From the NCBI GenBank assembly GCA_025449535.1, contig JANWJF010000001.1, positions 369,344-419,135 of the forward strand: a stretch of DNA of 49,792 nt, given 5' to 3'. Below the pieces are notes generated by a model that did no database searches, was not told the origin of the DNA, and worked only from the letters and a program-made list of their open reading frames with translations. Origin of the DNA: Candidatus Saccharimonadia bacterium. GTDB lineage: Bacteria > Patescibacteriota > SICC01. Position numbers and translations under genes: made by a program. Positions 40,609 through 46,993 of this stretch are shown in pieces. The stretch's first letter is position 1; each line of letters starts with the position of its first letter.

Positions 40609-40644
40609 TTCTGCAATAATTCCAGCCGGTGGATTAGACTGTAA
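40609..40644 (+). other. In-frame post-stop extension after GNAT-1 encoding FCNNSSRWIRL-stop; it duplicates the C-terminal tail of the 39499-40014 protein
   Basis: The 13-nt string cagccggtggatt occurs identically at 39993-40005 and 40623-40635. The next two codons differ only synonymously (cgg tta versus aga ctg), and both copies are followed by taa. Confidence 0.5.
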
Positions 40645-40647
40645 TCC

Positions 40648-41241
40648 GTGAGCGACGAGCGACCGAAGGAGAAGCAGCGGCCTGAGATTCCCGTCCTGGA
40701 GACGGAGCGGTTGCGGCTGCGCGCCCTCACCATGGACGACCTGGACGGATTCTACGCGTTCGTGAAAGAGACCGACGTCACGGACTACATGGGGCGGCCG
40801 CCGTACGAATCGATCGACGCGGCACGGGCGCGGATCAAGGAGCGGCTCGAGAAGCGTTTCGGATACGGACCCGATCGGTTCACTTGGGCGGTCGAGGAAA
40901 AAGCCACCGGTCGGTACGTCGGCGAAGCCGGACTGCATAGCGTCGACAAGAAGAACCGACGCGGCGAGCTGGCCCGCGGCCTGGTCGCCGAGGCCCGCGG
41001 CAAGGGCTACGGCGCGGAAGCGGGGCGGGCGGTGCTGGACTTCGCATTCGACGTACTCGGATTGAACCGTGTGCAGGCCGTCACCCGGACCACCAACGAG
41101 GCCTCGCAGCGAAGCCTGGCCGGACTCGGATTCTCCAAGGAAGGGACTTTGCGCGATTACTGGACGATCGACGGCAAGCCCGCCACCACGTGCATCTACT
41201 CCCTGCTCCGCGAGGAGTACCGTACAGAAAAAGCCGCTTAG
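40648..41241 (+). CDS. GNAT N-acetyltransferase, RimJ/RimL (Acetyltransf_3) type, diverged paralogue of the preceding gene
   Basis: 197 aa with GTG start. LETERLRLRALTMDDLDGFYAF and ARGKGYGAEAGRAVLDFAFDVLGLNRVQA fit the family. Confidence 0.85.
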   Translation: MSDERPKEKQRPEIPVLETERLRLRALTMDDLDGFYAFVKETDVTDYMGRPPYESIDAARARIKERLEKRFGYGPDRFTWAVEEKATGRYVGEAGLHSVDKKNRRGELARGLVAEARGKGYGAEAGRAVLDFAFDVLGLNRVQAVTRTTNEASQRSLAGLGFSKEGTLRDYWTIDGKPATTCIYSLLREEYRTEKAA

Positions 41242-41265
41242 TCGGCTACAATAAGTTAGCCTGAA

Positions 41266-41310
41266 CCGATCGAAAGAGGTGCGCAGTCCCGCGAGCACGC
41301 TTTCGATCGG
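41266..41310 (+). other. Strong hairpin with an 11-bp perfect stem and a 23-nt loop that can pair further, between GNAT-2 and tRNA-Arg
   Basis: ccgatcgaaag (41266-41276) pairs with ctttcgatcgg (41300-41310). No U-tract follows; the next sequence is agaggagcaATG. Confidence 0.5.
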
Positions 41311-41384
41311 AGAGGAGCAATGCCTACGGAAGCTGGAGCGATGTGCTTTGGCTCAGCGCGGAAGCTGAAGTAGCATTGCGACGA

Positions 41385-41457
41385 GCGCCTGTAGCTCAGT
41401 GGATAGAGCGTCGGCTTGCGGAGCCGGAAGTCGCAGGTTCGAATCCTGCCAGGCGCG
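41385..41457 (+). tRNA. tRNA-Arg (anticodon GCG)
   Basis: The acceptor is gcgcctg/caggcgc. The D arm is gctcagtggatagagc. The anticodon stem is tcggc/gccgg with loop ttGCGga. The T arm is gcagg-ttcgaat-cctgc. The discriminator is G. Confidence 0.85.
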
Positions 41458-41481
41458 CCCGGACCCAGTACCATCAAGGGG

Positions 41482-42630
41482 ATGCTCTATTCCCACCATC
41501 ACTTCACGCACCACCTCCGGTTCACGGAAGTCCGTCGGCTGTATTGGGCGCGGATGCTCGGTGCGGCGGCCGGCGGATTGGTGGCGATATTCATCCCGCT
41601 CTACTTCCTCGGACTCGGCTACGAGTTCCGGGAGGTGCTGTTGTACTACGTCGCCTACGCGGTCTCGAACATCGCCGTCTGCTATCCGATGATGCGGCTG
41701 ATGGTGAGGATCGGCCCGAACCGCAGCATGGCGCTCGGGAACCTGCTGCTGTTGCCGCTCTTCGTCGGCTTGATCACCTTGGACACGCACCACTGGCCGT
41801 TGGCCGCGTTGGCGTTCCTGGCCGCGCTCAGCAACGAGGCTTACTTCCCGGCGCTGCACGGGAACTTCTCCGCGTCGGAGACGCCTGGCAAGGACGGCCG
41901 CCAAGTGGGTATGTTGTCCGCGCTGACCGCTTTCGGCGGGGCCTTGTCCCCGGCGATCGGGGGCTTCGTGGCCCAAGCGTATGGCATCAGCTTCAACTAC
42001 GGGTTGGCGGCCGGACTGTTCGTGCTGGCGGCCGTGCCGCTCCTTCTCGCCAAGGAGGCCGTGCAGGAGCACGACCTGAGCCTGAAGCAGCTCAAGGGCC
42101 AGCGCCTCCTGAGGGACGGCGTCGCGAATGCCGGCTTTGCCGTCGTGATGCTGACCGATGCGGTCCTCTGGCCGATCCTGGTCTACCTGCTCGTAAAGAA
42201 CTACGCGGTGGTCGGCGGCCTGGGCTCGATCCTGGTGATCAGCTCTATCGCCACCGCGCTGTACGTGGGACGGCGCGAGGAATCCAAGGGCGTGAAGCAC
42301 TACCTCCACCGCGGATCCATCACGCTCGGGTTGTTGAACGCCCTGCGGATCTTCGCCACCTCGGCCGGACACGTGTTCGGTCTCAATCTGCTCGGCGGGA
42401 TGGGCAACCAGTTGGCGGGCACTACGTTCATGACCCGCTTCTATGAGAATGCCAATGCCAGCGCCCGGCTGGCATACATCCGTCTGATGGAATACGCCTG
42501 GTTCACCGGTTGGGGACTGGCCGCGCTGCTGCTCTACGGACTGACGTTCTTCCTACCTACCTCGGCCGTGCTGACTGCCGGACTGCTGCTCGCGATCCCC
42601 GCCAGTTTCCTGATGTCTCGCATCCGCTGA
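41482..42630 (+). CDS. MFS-type transporter
   Basis: I start at the ATG at 41482 (MLYSHHHF...), giving about 382 aa; the track ORF start at 41416 would overlap the tRNA. There are about 11-12 hydrophobic helices. A TACCAT box lies at 41469-41474, 7 nt upstream. Confidence 0.78.
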   Translation: MLYSHHHFTHHLRFTEVRRLYWARMLGAAAGGLVAIFIPLYFLGLGYEFREVLLYYVAYAVSNIAVCYPMMRLMVRIGPNRSMALGNLLLLPLFVGLITLDTHHWPLAALAFLAALSNEAYFPALHGNFSASETPGKDGRQVGMLSALTAFGGALSPAIGGFVAQAYGISFNYGLAAGLFVLAAVPLLLAKEAVQEHDLSLKQLKGQRLLRDGVANAGFAVVMLTDAVLWPILVYLLVKNYAVVGGLGSILVISSIATALYVGRREESKGVKHYLHRGSITLGLLNALRIFATSAGHVFGLNLLGGMGNQLAGTTFMTRFYENANASARLAYIRLMEYAWFTGWGLAALLLYGLTFFLPTSAVLTAGLLLAIPASFLMSRIR

Positions 42631-42645
42631 CGGTATAGTGGGGCC

Positions 42646-43029
42646 ATGGCGGACGTCACCCACCTCAAGATCGACGACATCGACGGGTTCAACCACTCGT
42701 CCGGCGAGATGTCGCTCCGCAAGGTCCAGCAGGCGCTTGGTGTGAGCTCGTTCGGAATCGCCGTCGTCGAGCTGGGTCCGGAAACGGACGTCTATCCCGA
42801 GCACCACCACGACGGCGAGCAGTTCGGACAGCAGGCCGACCAAGAGGAGGTCTTCCTGGCGCTCGGCGGCGGCGGAGAGATCGAGGTGGACGGGAAGCGG
42901 TATCCGCTGGACCCGGGGCACATCGTCCGGGTCGGCCCCAAGCCGAAACGGAAAGTGTACCCCGGCGGCGAGGGGATGCGGCTGCTGGTGATCGGCGGGA
43001 CCCCGGGCAAGCCGTACGAAGCCAGGTAA
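42646..43029 (+). CDS. Cupin-domain protein
   Basis: 127 aa. PEHHHDGEQ...EVFLALGGGGEIEVDGKRYPLDPGHIVRVGP follows the two cupin motifs (metal-binding His cluster plus a beta-barrel). Confidence 0.72.
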   Translation: MADVTHLKIDDIDGFNHSSGEMSLRKVQQALGVSSFGIAVVELGPETDVYPEHHHDGEQFGQQADQEEVFLALGGGGEIEVDGKRYPLDPGHIVRVGPKPKRKVYPGGEGMRLLVIGGTPGKPYEAR

Positions 43030-43041
43030 TATAGAAGGCAC

Positions 43042-43114
43042 GTCCCCGTAGCTCAGTGGATAGAGCACTGGCTTCCGGAGCCAGGTGTCGGGAGTTCGAA
43101 TCTCTCCGGGGACG
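43042..43114 (+). tRNA. tRNA-Arg (anticodon CCG)
   Basis: The acceptor is gtccccg/cggggac. The D arm is gctcagtggatagagc. The anticodon stem is ctggc/gccag with loop ttCCGga. The T arm is gggag-ttcgaat-ctctc. The discriminator is G. Confidence 0.88.
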
Positions 43115-43126
43115 CAACGATTCCGG

Positions 43127-43155
43127 TTGACTGCTTGGAATAAGCCAACTACGGT
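43127..43155 (+). promoter_or_regulatory. Possible promoter TTGACT-N17-TACGGT in the gap after tRNA-Arg(CCG)
   Basis: Read directly from the sequence. A 34-codon ORF (43219-43323) with a GAAGGGA Shine-Dalgarno-like sequence follows. Confidence 0.3.
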
Positions 43156-43457
43156 AATAACCGTACTAGCTAGGCTAGTTCAGCTAGCACCTCAAATCGA
43201 CGACCGAAGGGATCAGAGATGACCCGCAGGATCCATGGCCGCCAGCGCGGCACCCCAACGACCCCGCCGACCGGCTCGACGCATCCGCAGACGCCGCGGA
43301 TCGAGACCGTCCCGCAGCTCTAGGAGCACTAAAACGCGGGTACGGTCCACATCATGAAGTAGGGGGAGCAGCGCGGGCAGAGAACTAGTACAAGTATCAC
43401 ACGCGTGAGCCGCAGACCTCCTCTATGGAACTCGGCTCCGCTCCCCCCTGCCCAAAA

Positions 43458-43970
43458 TCAGCTTGCGATAGACTGGCGCACGTCGTCCAGCAACCGTTTT
43501 GCAGCACCTTGAGCGACAGCTGCCTGCTCCGGCTTCATGTCACCGGGGTTCTTTCGGGCGGTACGCAAGCAGTTATAGCCCCGGGACAATACAAGACGAG
43601 CCTCTCCAGACAACCCGGCCTGTTGGTACGCGGCGGCGGCAGTCGCCGCTTCACTGGCGGCTGACTCGGGACGGCCGCCGGCCAGCAAATCGTCAATCTG
43701 GGCCTCGGAGAGCTCTGCCGCCTTCCTGATTTCTCCCCGTTCAATGGCAAGTGTTCGAAGCCAATGCCGGCAAACGGTCCGGTCCAAGGGATGCTCCATT
43801 CGCTCCAGCTGCTCCCTGAAAAAAGTCTCGATTGTCTCCGCTTCGACCCCCTCTTCGCTCATCAGCGTAATCGCTCGCTCCTGGACGGCATCGCCGTCGG
43901 TGAACCGCGTGCCTTCGGGATTTAGGAATTCCGTAAGCGCTTCGTCCGGACTGGGACCTTCGGGAGTCAT
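43458..43970 (-). CDS. Hypothetical protein
   Basis: 170 aa ORF with ATG start. It is acidic and helical. I recognise no domain. Confidence 0.55.
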   Translation of the reverse strand: MTPEGPSPDEALTEFLNPEGTRFTDGDAVQERAITLMSEEGVEAETIETFFREQLERMEHPLDRTVCRHWLRTLAIERGEIRKAAELSEAQIDDLLAGGRPESAASEAATAAAAYQQAGLSGEARLVLSRGYNCLRTARKNPGDMKPEQAAVAQGAAKRLLDDVRQSIAS

Positions 43971-44036
43971 GACGGGTCATGGTACAGGGTTTTACCACTC
44001 CGCTCCAGCCGATAGAGGCTACAATGGAACATACCC

Positions 44037-44123
44037 GGAGGAGTGCCAGAGCGGTCGAATGGGGCGGTCTCGAAAACCGTTAGGCCCGCAAGGGTCTCGG
44101 GGGTTCGAATCCCTCCTCCTCCG
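44037..44123 (+). tRNA. tRNA-Ser (anticodon CGA)
   Basis: The acceptor is ggaggag/ctcctcc. The anticodon loop is ctCGAaa. The variable arm and T arm are identical to those of tRNA-Ser(TGA) (aggcccgcaagggtctcgggggttcgaatccctcc). The discriminator is G. Confidence 0.9.
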
Positions 44124-44128
44124 CAAGG

Positions 44129-44503
44129 TCAACCGTATCGACCAGGTCGTGCGTGCATCCGTTTGATTTTTTCTGCTTGGTCCATAGCATTCAACGACTT
44201 AGCACGGCCAACCCGGTAGTTGGCCAGCCGTGAAGACGTGTAACCAATTTCGCTAACATGCACACCTTCAGCCGAGTAATACAAAACTTCAGCCAGTTCA
44301 TAGTGCTCTAAGGCGAAATAATGATCAGCGAGATAGGCCAAGGCGTTAGCTCGCTCGACAGAGGAAAGGTTACTTTGAGCAAGTACTTTTTCTGCGAGAG
44401 CAGCGTATTCAAACTGACCTTCTTCCTTACCAAGCTGACCAGGAAAGTCGATTTCTTCGATTATTCGGGAAATAGTGATATTCCCCAGGGTTTCGCGTGG
44501 CAT
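44129..44503 (-). CDS. Hypothetical helical-repeat (TPR-like) protein; low-GC gene
   Basis: 124 aa. ANALAYLADHYFALEHYELAEVLYYSAEG looks like a TPR helix pair. By eye the gene is strongly AT-richer than its flanks. The stop codon lies 5 nt from the tRNA-Ser(CGA) 3-prime end. Confidence 0.55.
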   Translation of the reverse strand: MPRETLGNITISRIIEEIDFPGQLGKEEGQFEYAALAEKVLAQSNLSSVERANALAYLADHYFALEHYELAEVLYYSAEGVHVSEIGYTSSRLANYRVGRAKSLNAMDQAEKIKRMHARPGRYG

Positions 44504-44563
44504 AACGGAAAATCATACTATCGGAGGAATATTCAAACAATCAGTCGTGCCCTACCTCGGCTC

Positions 44564-44592
44564 TAGACAAATGCCCCAAAAAGTGGTATGCT
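44564..44592 (+). promoter_or_regulatory. Promoter TAGACA-N17-TATGCT with an extended -10 (aaaaagTGgTATGCT)
   Basis: The plus strand reads TAGACAaatgccccaaaaagtggTATGCT. The ATG at 44642 is 49 nt downstream. Confidence 0.55.
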
Positions 44593-44641
44593 TCGTTAAT
44601 TTCCTGGCTGAGGGGTTACACTCGAATCGACGGAAACAAAC

Positions 44642-45571
44642 ATGCAAAACCTACGTAAAACGTTTCGGACGAACGCACGACGGCTTCGCGGTGTGCGGCT
44701 CGGGCCGTTCACTTGGGCGGCACTGGCGGCGTTCGCGCTGATTGCCTCCATCCAGGTCTTCGCCTCCAGCGGGGAGTACGCACCCGGAGCGGAACCAACG
44801 CTTGAGGACGAGAAGTCCTGGTCCGCCCCCGGCCGGTATTACCTGAGCTGCGAGACGGTCGACGAATCCGGCTGCACCAGCGTCGACAACGACCTCGGCG
44901 TCTTCGCCAAGAAAGGCTACACCGTGACCTTCCGTTCCAACGAACTCGAGGCGGGCCGGTACAAGCTCCGCTTCGACTACCGCAACTACCAGGGCACGCT
45001 CCCGCCCGGGTACGCGTTCGACGTGGACGTGCTCCTGAACGGCAAGAACGTGGCGGGGCGTACGATCGAGCTGACGACCGGGGGCAACGGGCCGTGGGCC
45101 TTCCAGCGCGAGGTGAAGGTCCCGGACGGCGAATCGACGATCACGATCACTTGGAAAAACGACCGCGAACTGCGCGGCGCCGAGACCAACTTCGGCGTGA
45201 TCTCGGCCGCGCTGGTCTCGCTGGAGGCGGAAGCGCTTACGGCCCGGAACGACGCCGCCCGGGAACGTGACCTCTCGGCGTACCGCTCGGCCCTGGCCCG
45301 GTACGTCGCCGAGCACGGCGACTATCCGAGACAGCCGACCGTCCGTCCGGTCACCGAGAACGGCCCCCTGATGCAAGCGCTGCGCGGTTACTTGGACACG
45401 TTCCTCGACGACCCGCTGCCCGACGCACGTGACTATTACTACGTTTCCGACGGCCAACGCTACGGCGTCTGCGCGGACTTCGAGGGCGAACGCGGCGTCC
45501 GCCTGGAAGCCGGACCGTCCGGCACCCGCAAGGTGCCGGGTTCCGCAGCCGAGTGCCAGCTGCTCAACTAG
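44642..45571 (+). CDS. Secreted or anchored protein: N-terminal hydrophobic segment, CBM6/35-like beta domain, C-terminal type IV pilin-like globular domain
   Basis: 309 aa. The N-terminal segment is LGPFTWAALAAFALIASIQVFA. GRYKLRFDYRNYQG...VDVLLNGKNVAGRTIEL...ITITW is CBM-like. ARNDAARERDLSAYRSALARYVAEHGDYP...DPLPDARDYYYVSDGQRYGVCADFE follows the pilin pattern ARDxxRxxDL...Yxxxxg.YP...DP....Y.Y....y.l.a.lE. Confidence 0.7.
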   Translation: MQNLRKTFRTNARRLRGVRLGPFTWAALAAFALIASIQVFASSGEYAPGAEPTLEDEKSWSAPGRYYLSCETVDESGCTSVDNDLGVFAKKGYTVTFRSNELEAGRYKLRFDYRNYQGTLPPGYAFDVDVLLNGKNVAGRTIELTTGGNGPWAFQREVKVPDGESTITITWKNDRELRGAETNFGVISAALVSLEAEALTARNDAARERDLSAYRSALARYVAEHGDYPRQPTVRPVTENGPLMQALRGYLDTFLDDPLPDARDYYYVSDGQRYGVCADFEGERGVRLEAGPSGTRKVPGSAAECQLLN

Positions 45572-46358
45572 AACGCACCCGGTCCATCAGGCGCTCTACG
45601 AGCTCCCGATCGACGGGTTCCCCCTGCACGACGCCGCGGACCTTGATCGAACTGCCGACGATGGCGCCGTCCGCGATGCCCATCTGGGCGGGAGCGTTCT
45701 CTGGCGTCAGTCCGCTGCCGACGACCAGCGGTACGTGTTCCAGCGCTTCTCGGACCGCCTTCAGGTCGTCCAAGTCCGTTTCCGACCCGGTCCTCGCCCC
45801 GGTGACCACGACGGCATCCCCGCGTTCCGCGGCCTTGGCAGCGGATTCGGAGATCGGCGGCTCCGGACCTTCGAACTCATAGTACTTGGGGTGGACGCCG
45901 CCCAGCACGGCGATGTCCGGATACCTGGCCCGCATGGCCTGGAGGTAACCCACGTCGACCGGCTGGCAACCGTGGAAACGGCCGACGATGTGATCCATCT
46001 GGATGAACCGCCCGCCGGTCTCCTCGGCGATCCGCATCGCCGCCGCGAAGTCGTTCGGAAGCAGGTTGATGCCGACCGGAATGTCGGCGTTCGCCGCGAC
46101 CGCGCGAGTGATCCGCGCGATCGTTTCCTGCGCCTCGGGCGTTGAGTGGTTGGGGTCCTGATAGCCCCACCCGTAGTTCTCGACGAGCACCCCGTCGACC
46201 AGCGGACCCAGGACCTCCAAGTCCCGCAGGGCCGCGTCGGTCTGCTCGGTAGAGCCGTCCCATACATGCAACATGGCGATGATCGGCTTTTCCACGCCGA
46301 ACACCTCCCGGAACCGATTCCGTGCCCCTATCCGCTCTGACGAAGGCGGACCTTCCAT
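45564..46358 (-). CDS. BtpA/SgcQ-family TIM-barrel protein
   Basis: 264 aa. VLVENYG, VGINLL, VVVTGARTGSETDLDDLKAVRE and PLVVGSGLTPENAPAQMGIADGAIVGSSIK match the BtpA family pattern. Confidence 0.82.
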   Translation of the reverse strand: MEGPPSSERIGARNRFREVFGVEKPIIAMLHVWDGSTEQTDAALRDLEVLGPLVDGVLVENYGWGYQDPNHSTPEAQETIARITRAVAANADIPVGINLLPNDFAAAMRIAEETGGRFIQMDHIVGRFHGCQPVDVGYLQAMRARYPDIAVLGGVHPKYYEFEGPEPPISESAAKAAERGDAVVVTGARTGSETDLDDLKAVREALEHVPLVVGSGLTPENAPAQMGIADGAIVGSSIKVRGVVQGEPVDRELVERLMDRVRSS

Positions 46359-46367
46359 GGCCTTATC

Positions 46368-46517
46368 TTACCCTTGTTCGGCCAGGACGTGGGCGGAAAG
46401 CCGGCGGATCAACTGCTCTTCGGTGACCTCCCGGTCCTCGGGCGGCGTCGCGTTGAACTTCAGGAACTGCTGCAACACGTATTCGATCGGATCGTATTCC
46501 TTGACGACGAACTTCAT
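46368..46517 (-). CDS. Small ORF (49 aa), translationally coupled to the upstream gene
   Basis: Hand translation gives MKFVVKEYDPIEYVLQQFLKFNATPPEDREVTEEQLIRRLSAHVLAEQG. GC3 is high, like the coding regions here. The ATG overlaps the stop of the 130-aa ORF (ATGA). It ends 9 nt before the btpA-like ATG. It is below the size cut-off of the ORF track. Confidence 0.5.
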   Translation of the reverse strand: MKFVVKEYDPIEYVLQQFLKFNATPPEDREVTEEQLIRRLSAHVLAEQG

Positions 46518-46906
46518 GCCGCGCCTCCCGGCCGTACCGCCAAGCCGTTCTCTATCCGGTAGCGGAGCACGCGGGTGACGGAATCGTTCAACCCGGAACG
46601 GTCTCGGACCAGCAACGAGGCCGACAGGTCCTCGAGCCGCAGGATGTTCTTGGCCGCCGCGTCCCGGAGCTTCCGGTCGCGGGGCCGGACGTTCAGTTCC
46701 AGCAGCTGCCGGTACGGGACGTCGGTAAGCTGTTCCCAGGCCTCGGCGTCCACGACCGCCTGGAGACGCGGATACGTCTCGTACGCCACGCGGAGTTCCT
46801 CGGTCAGCCGGAGCAGGCCCGCCAGGTGCTTCCGCACGTACATGCTGGATACCTCGAACCGCGGCTGATTTCGTAATCGTCGTTTCCTGATGATGTCTCG
46901 CTTCAT
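46514..46906 (-). CDS. Hypothetical protein (basic N-terminus, helical)
   Basis: 130 aa with ATG start. A GGGAGGG Shine-Dalgarno sequence and a TTGACA-N17-TATCCT promoter lie upstream. I recognise no domain. Confidence 0.55.
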   Translation of the reverse strand: MKRDIIRKRRLRNQPRFEVSSMYVRKHLAGLLRLTEELRVAYETYPRLQAVVDAEAWEQLTDVPYRQLLELNVRPRDRKLRDAAAKNILRLEDLSASLLVRDRSGLNDSVTRVLRYRIENGLAVRPGGAA

Positions 46907-46932
46907 GTCCCTCCCAGAACGTTTAGCTATCG

Positions 46933-46961
46933 AGGATACGGCTTAAAAATGCCTTTGTCAA
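46933..46961 (-). promoter_or_regulatory. Promoter TTGACA-N17-TATCCT for the 130aa/49aa/BtpA operon
   Basis: The minus strand reads TTGACAaaggcatttttaagccgTATCCT, followed by 26 nt that include GGGAGGG before the ATG at 46906. Confidence 0.55.
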
Positions 46962-46993
46962 GCGGTTTATGGTGGCTGTTACAATCTATCCGT

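Noticed and set aside
41343-42446. ORFs 41343-42446 (+), 41353-42372 (-), 41256-41477 (-) and the 41416 start of the MFS ORF
   Set aside because: They overlap the tRNA-Arg(GCG) gene and/or are off-frame relative to the MFS transporter, whose hydrophobic helix pattern identifies the true frame. The MFS start was moved to the ATG at 41482, downstream of the tRNA.
36289-44131. Calling the tRNA-interleaved stretch an integrative or mobile element
   Set aside because: I could identify no integrase, recombinase, transposase or excisionase, and no distal direct repeats of tRNA 3-prime ends by eye. Only the accessory-looking content and lower GC support foreign origin, so it is reported as an observation and not annotated as a mobile element.
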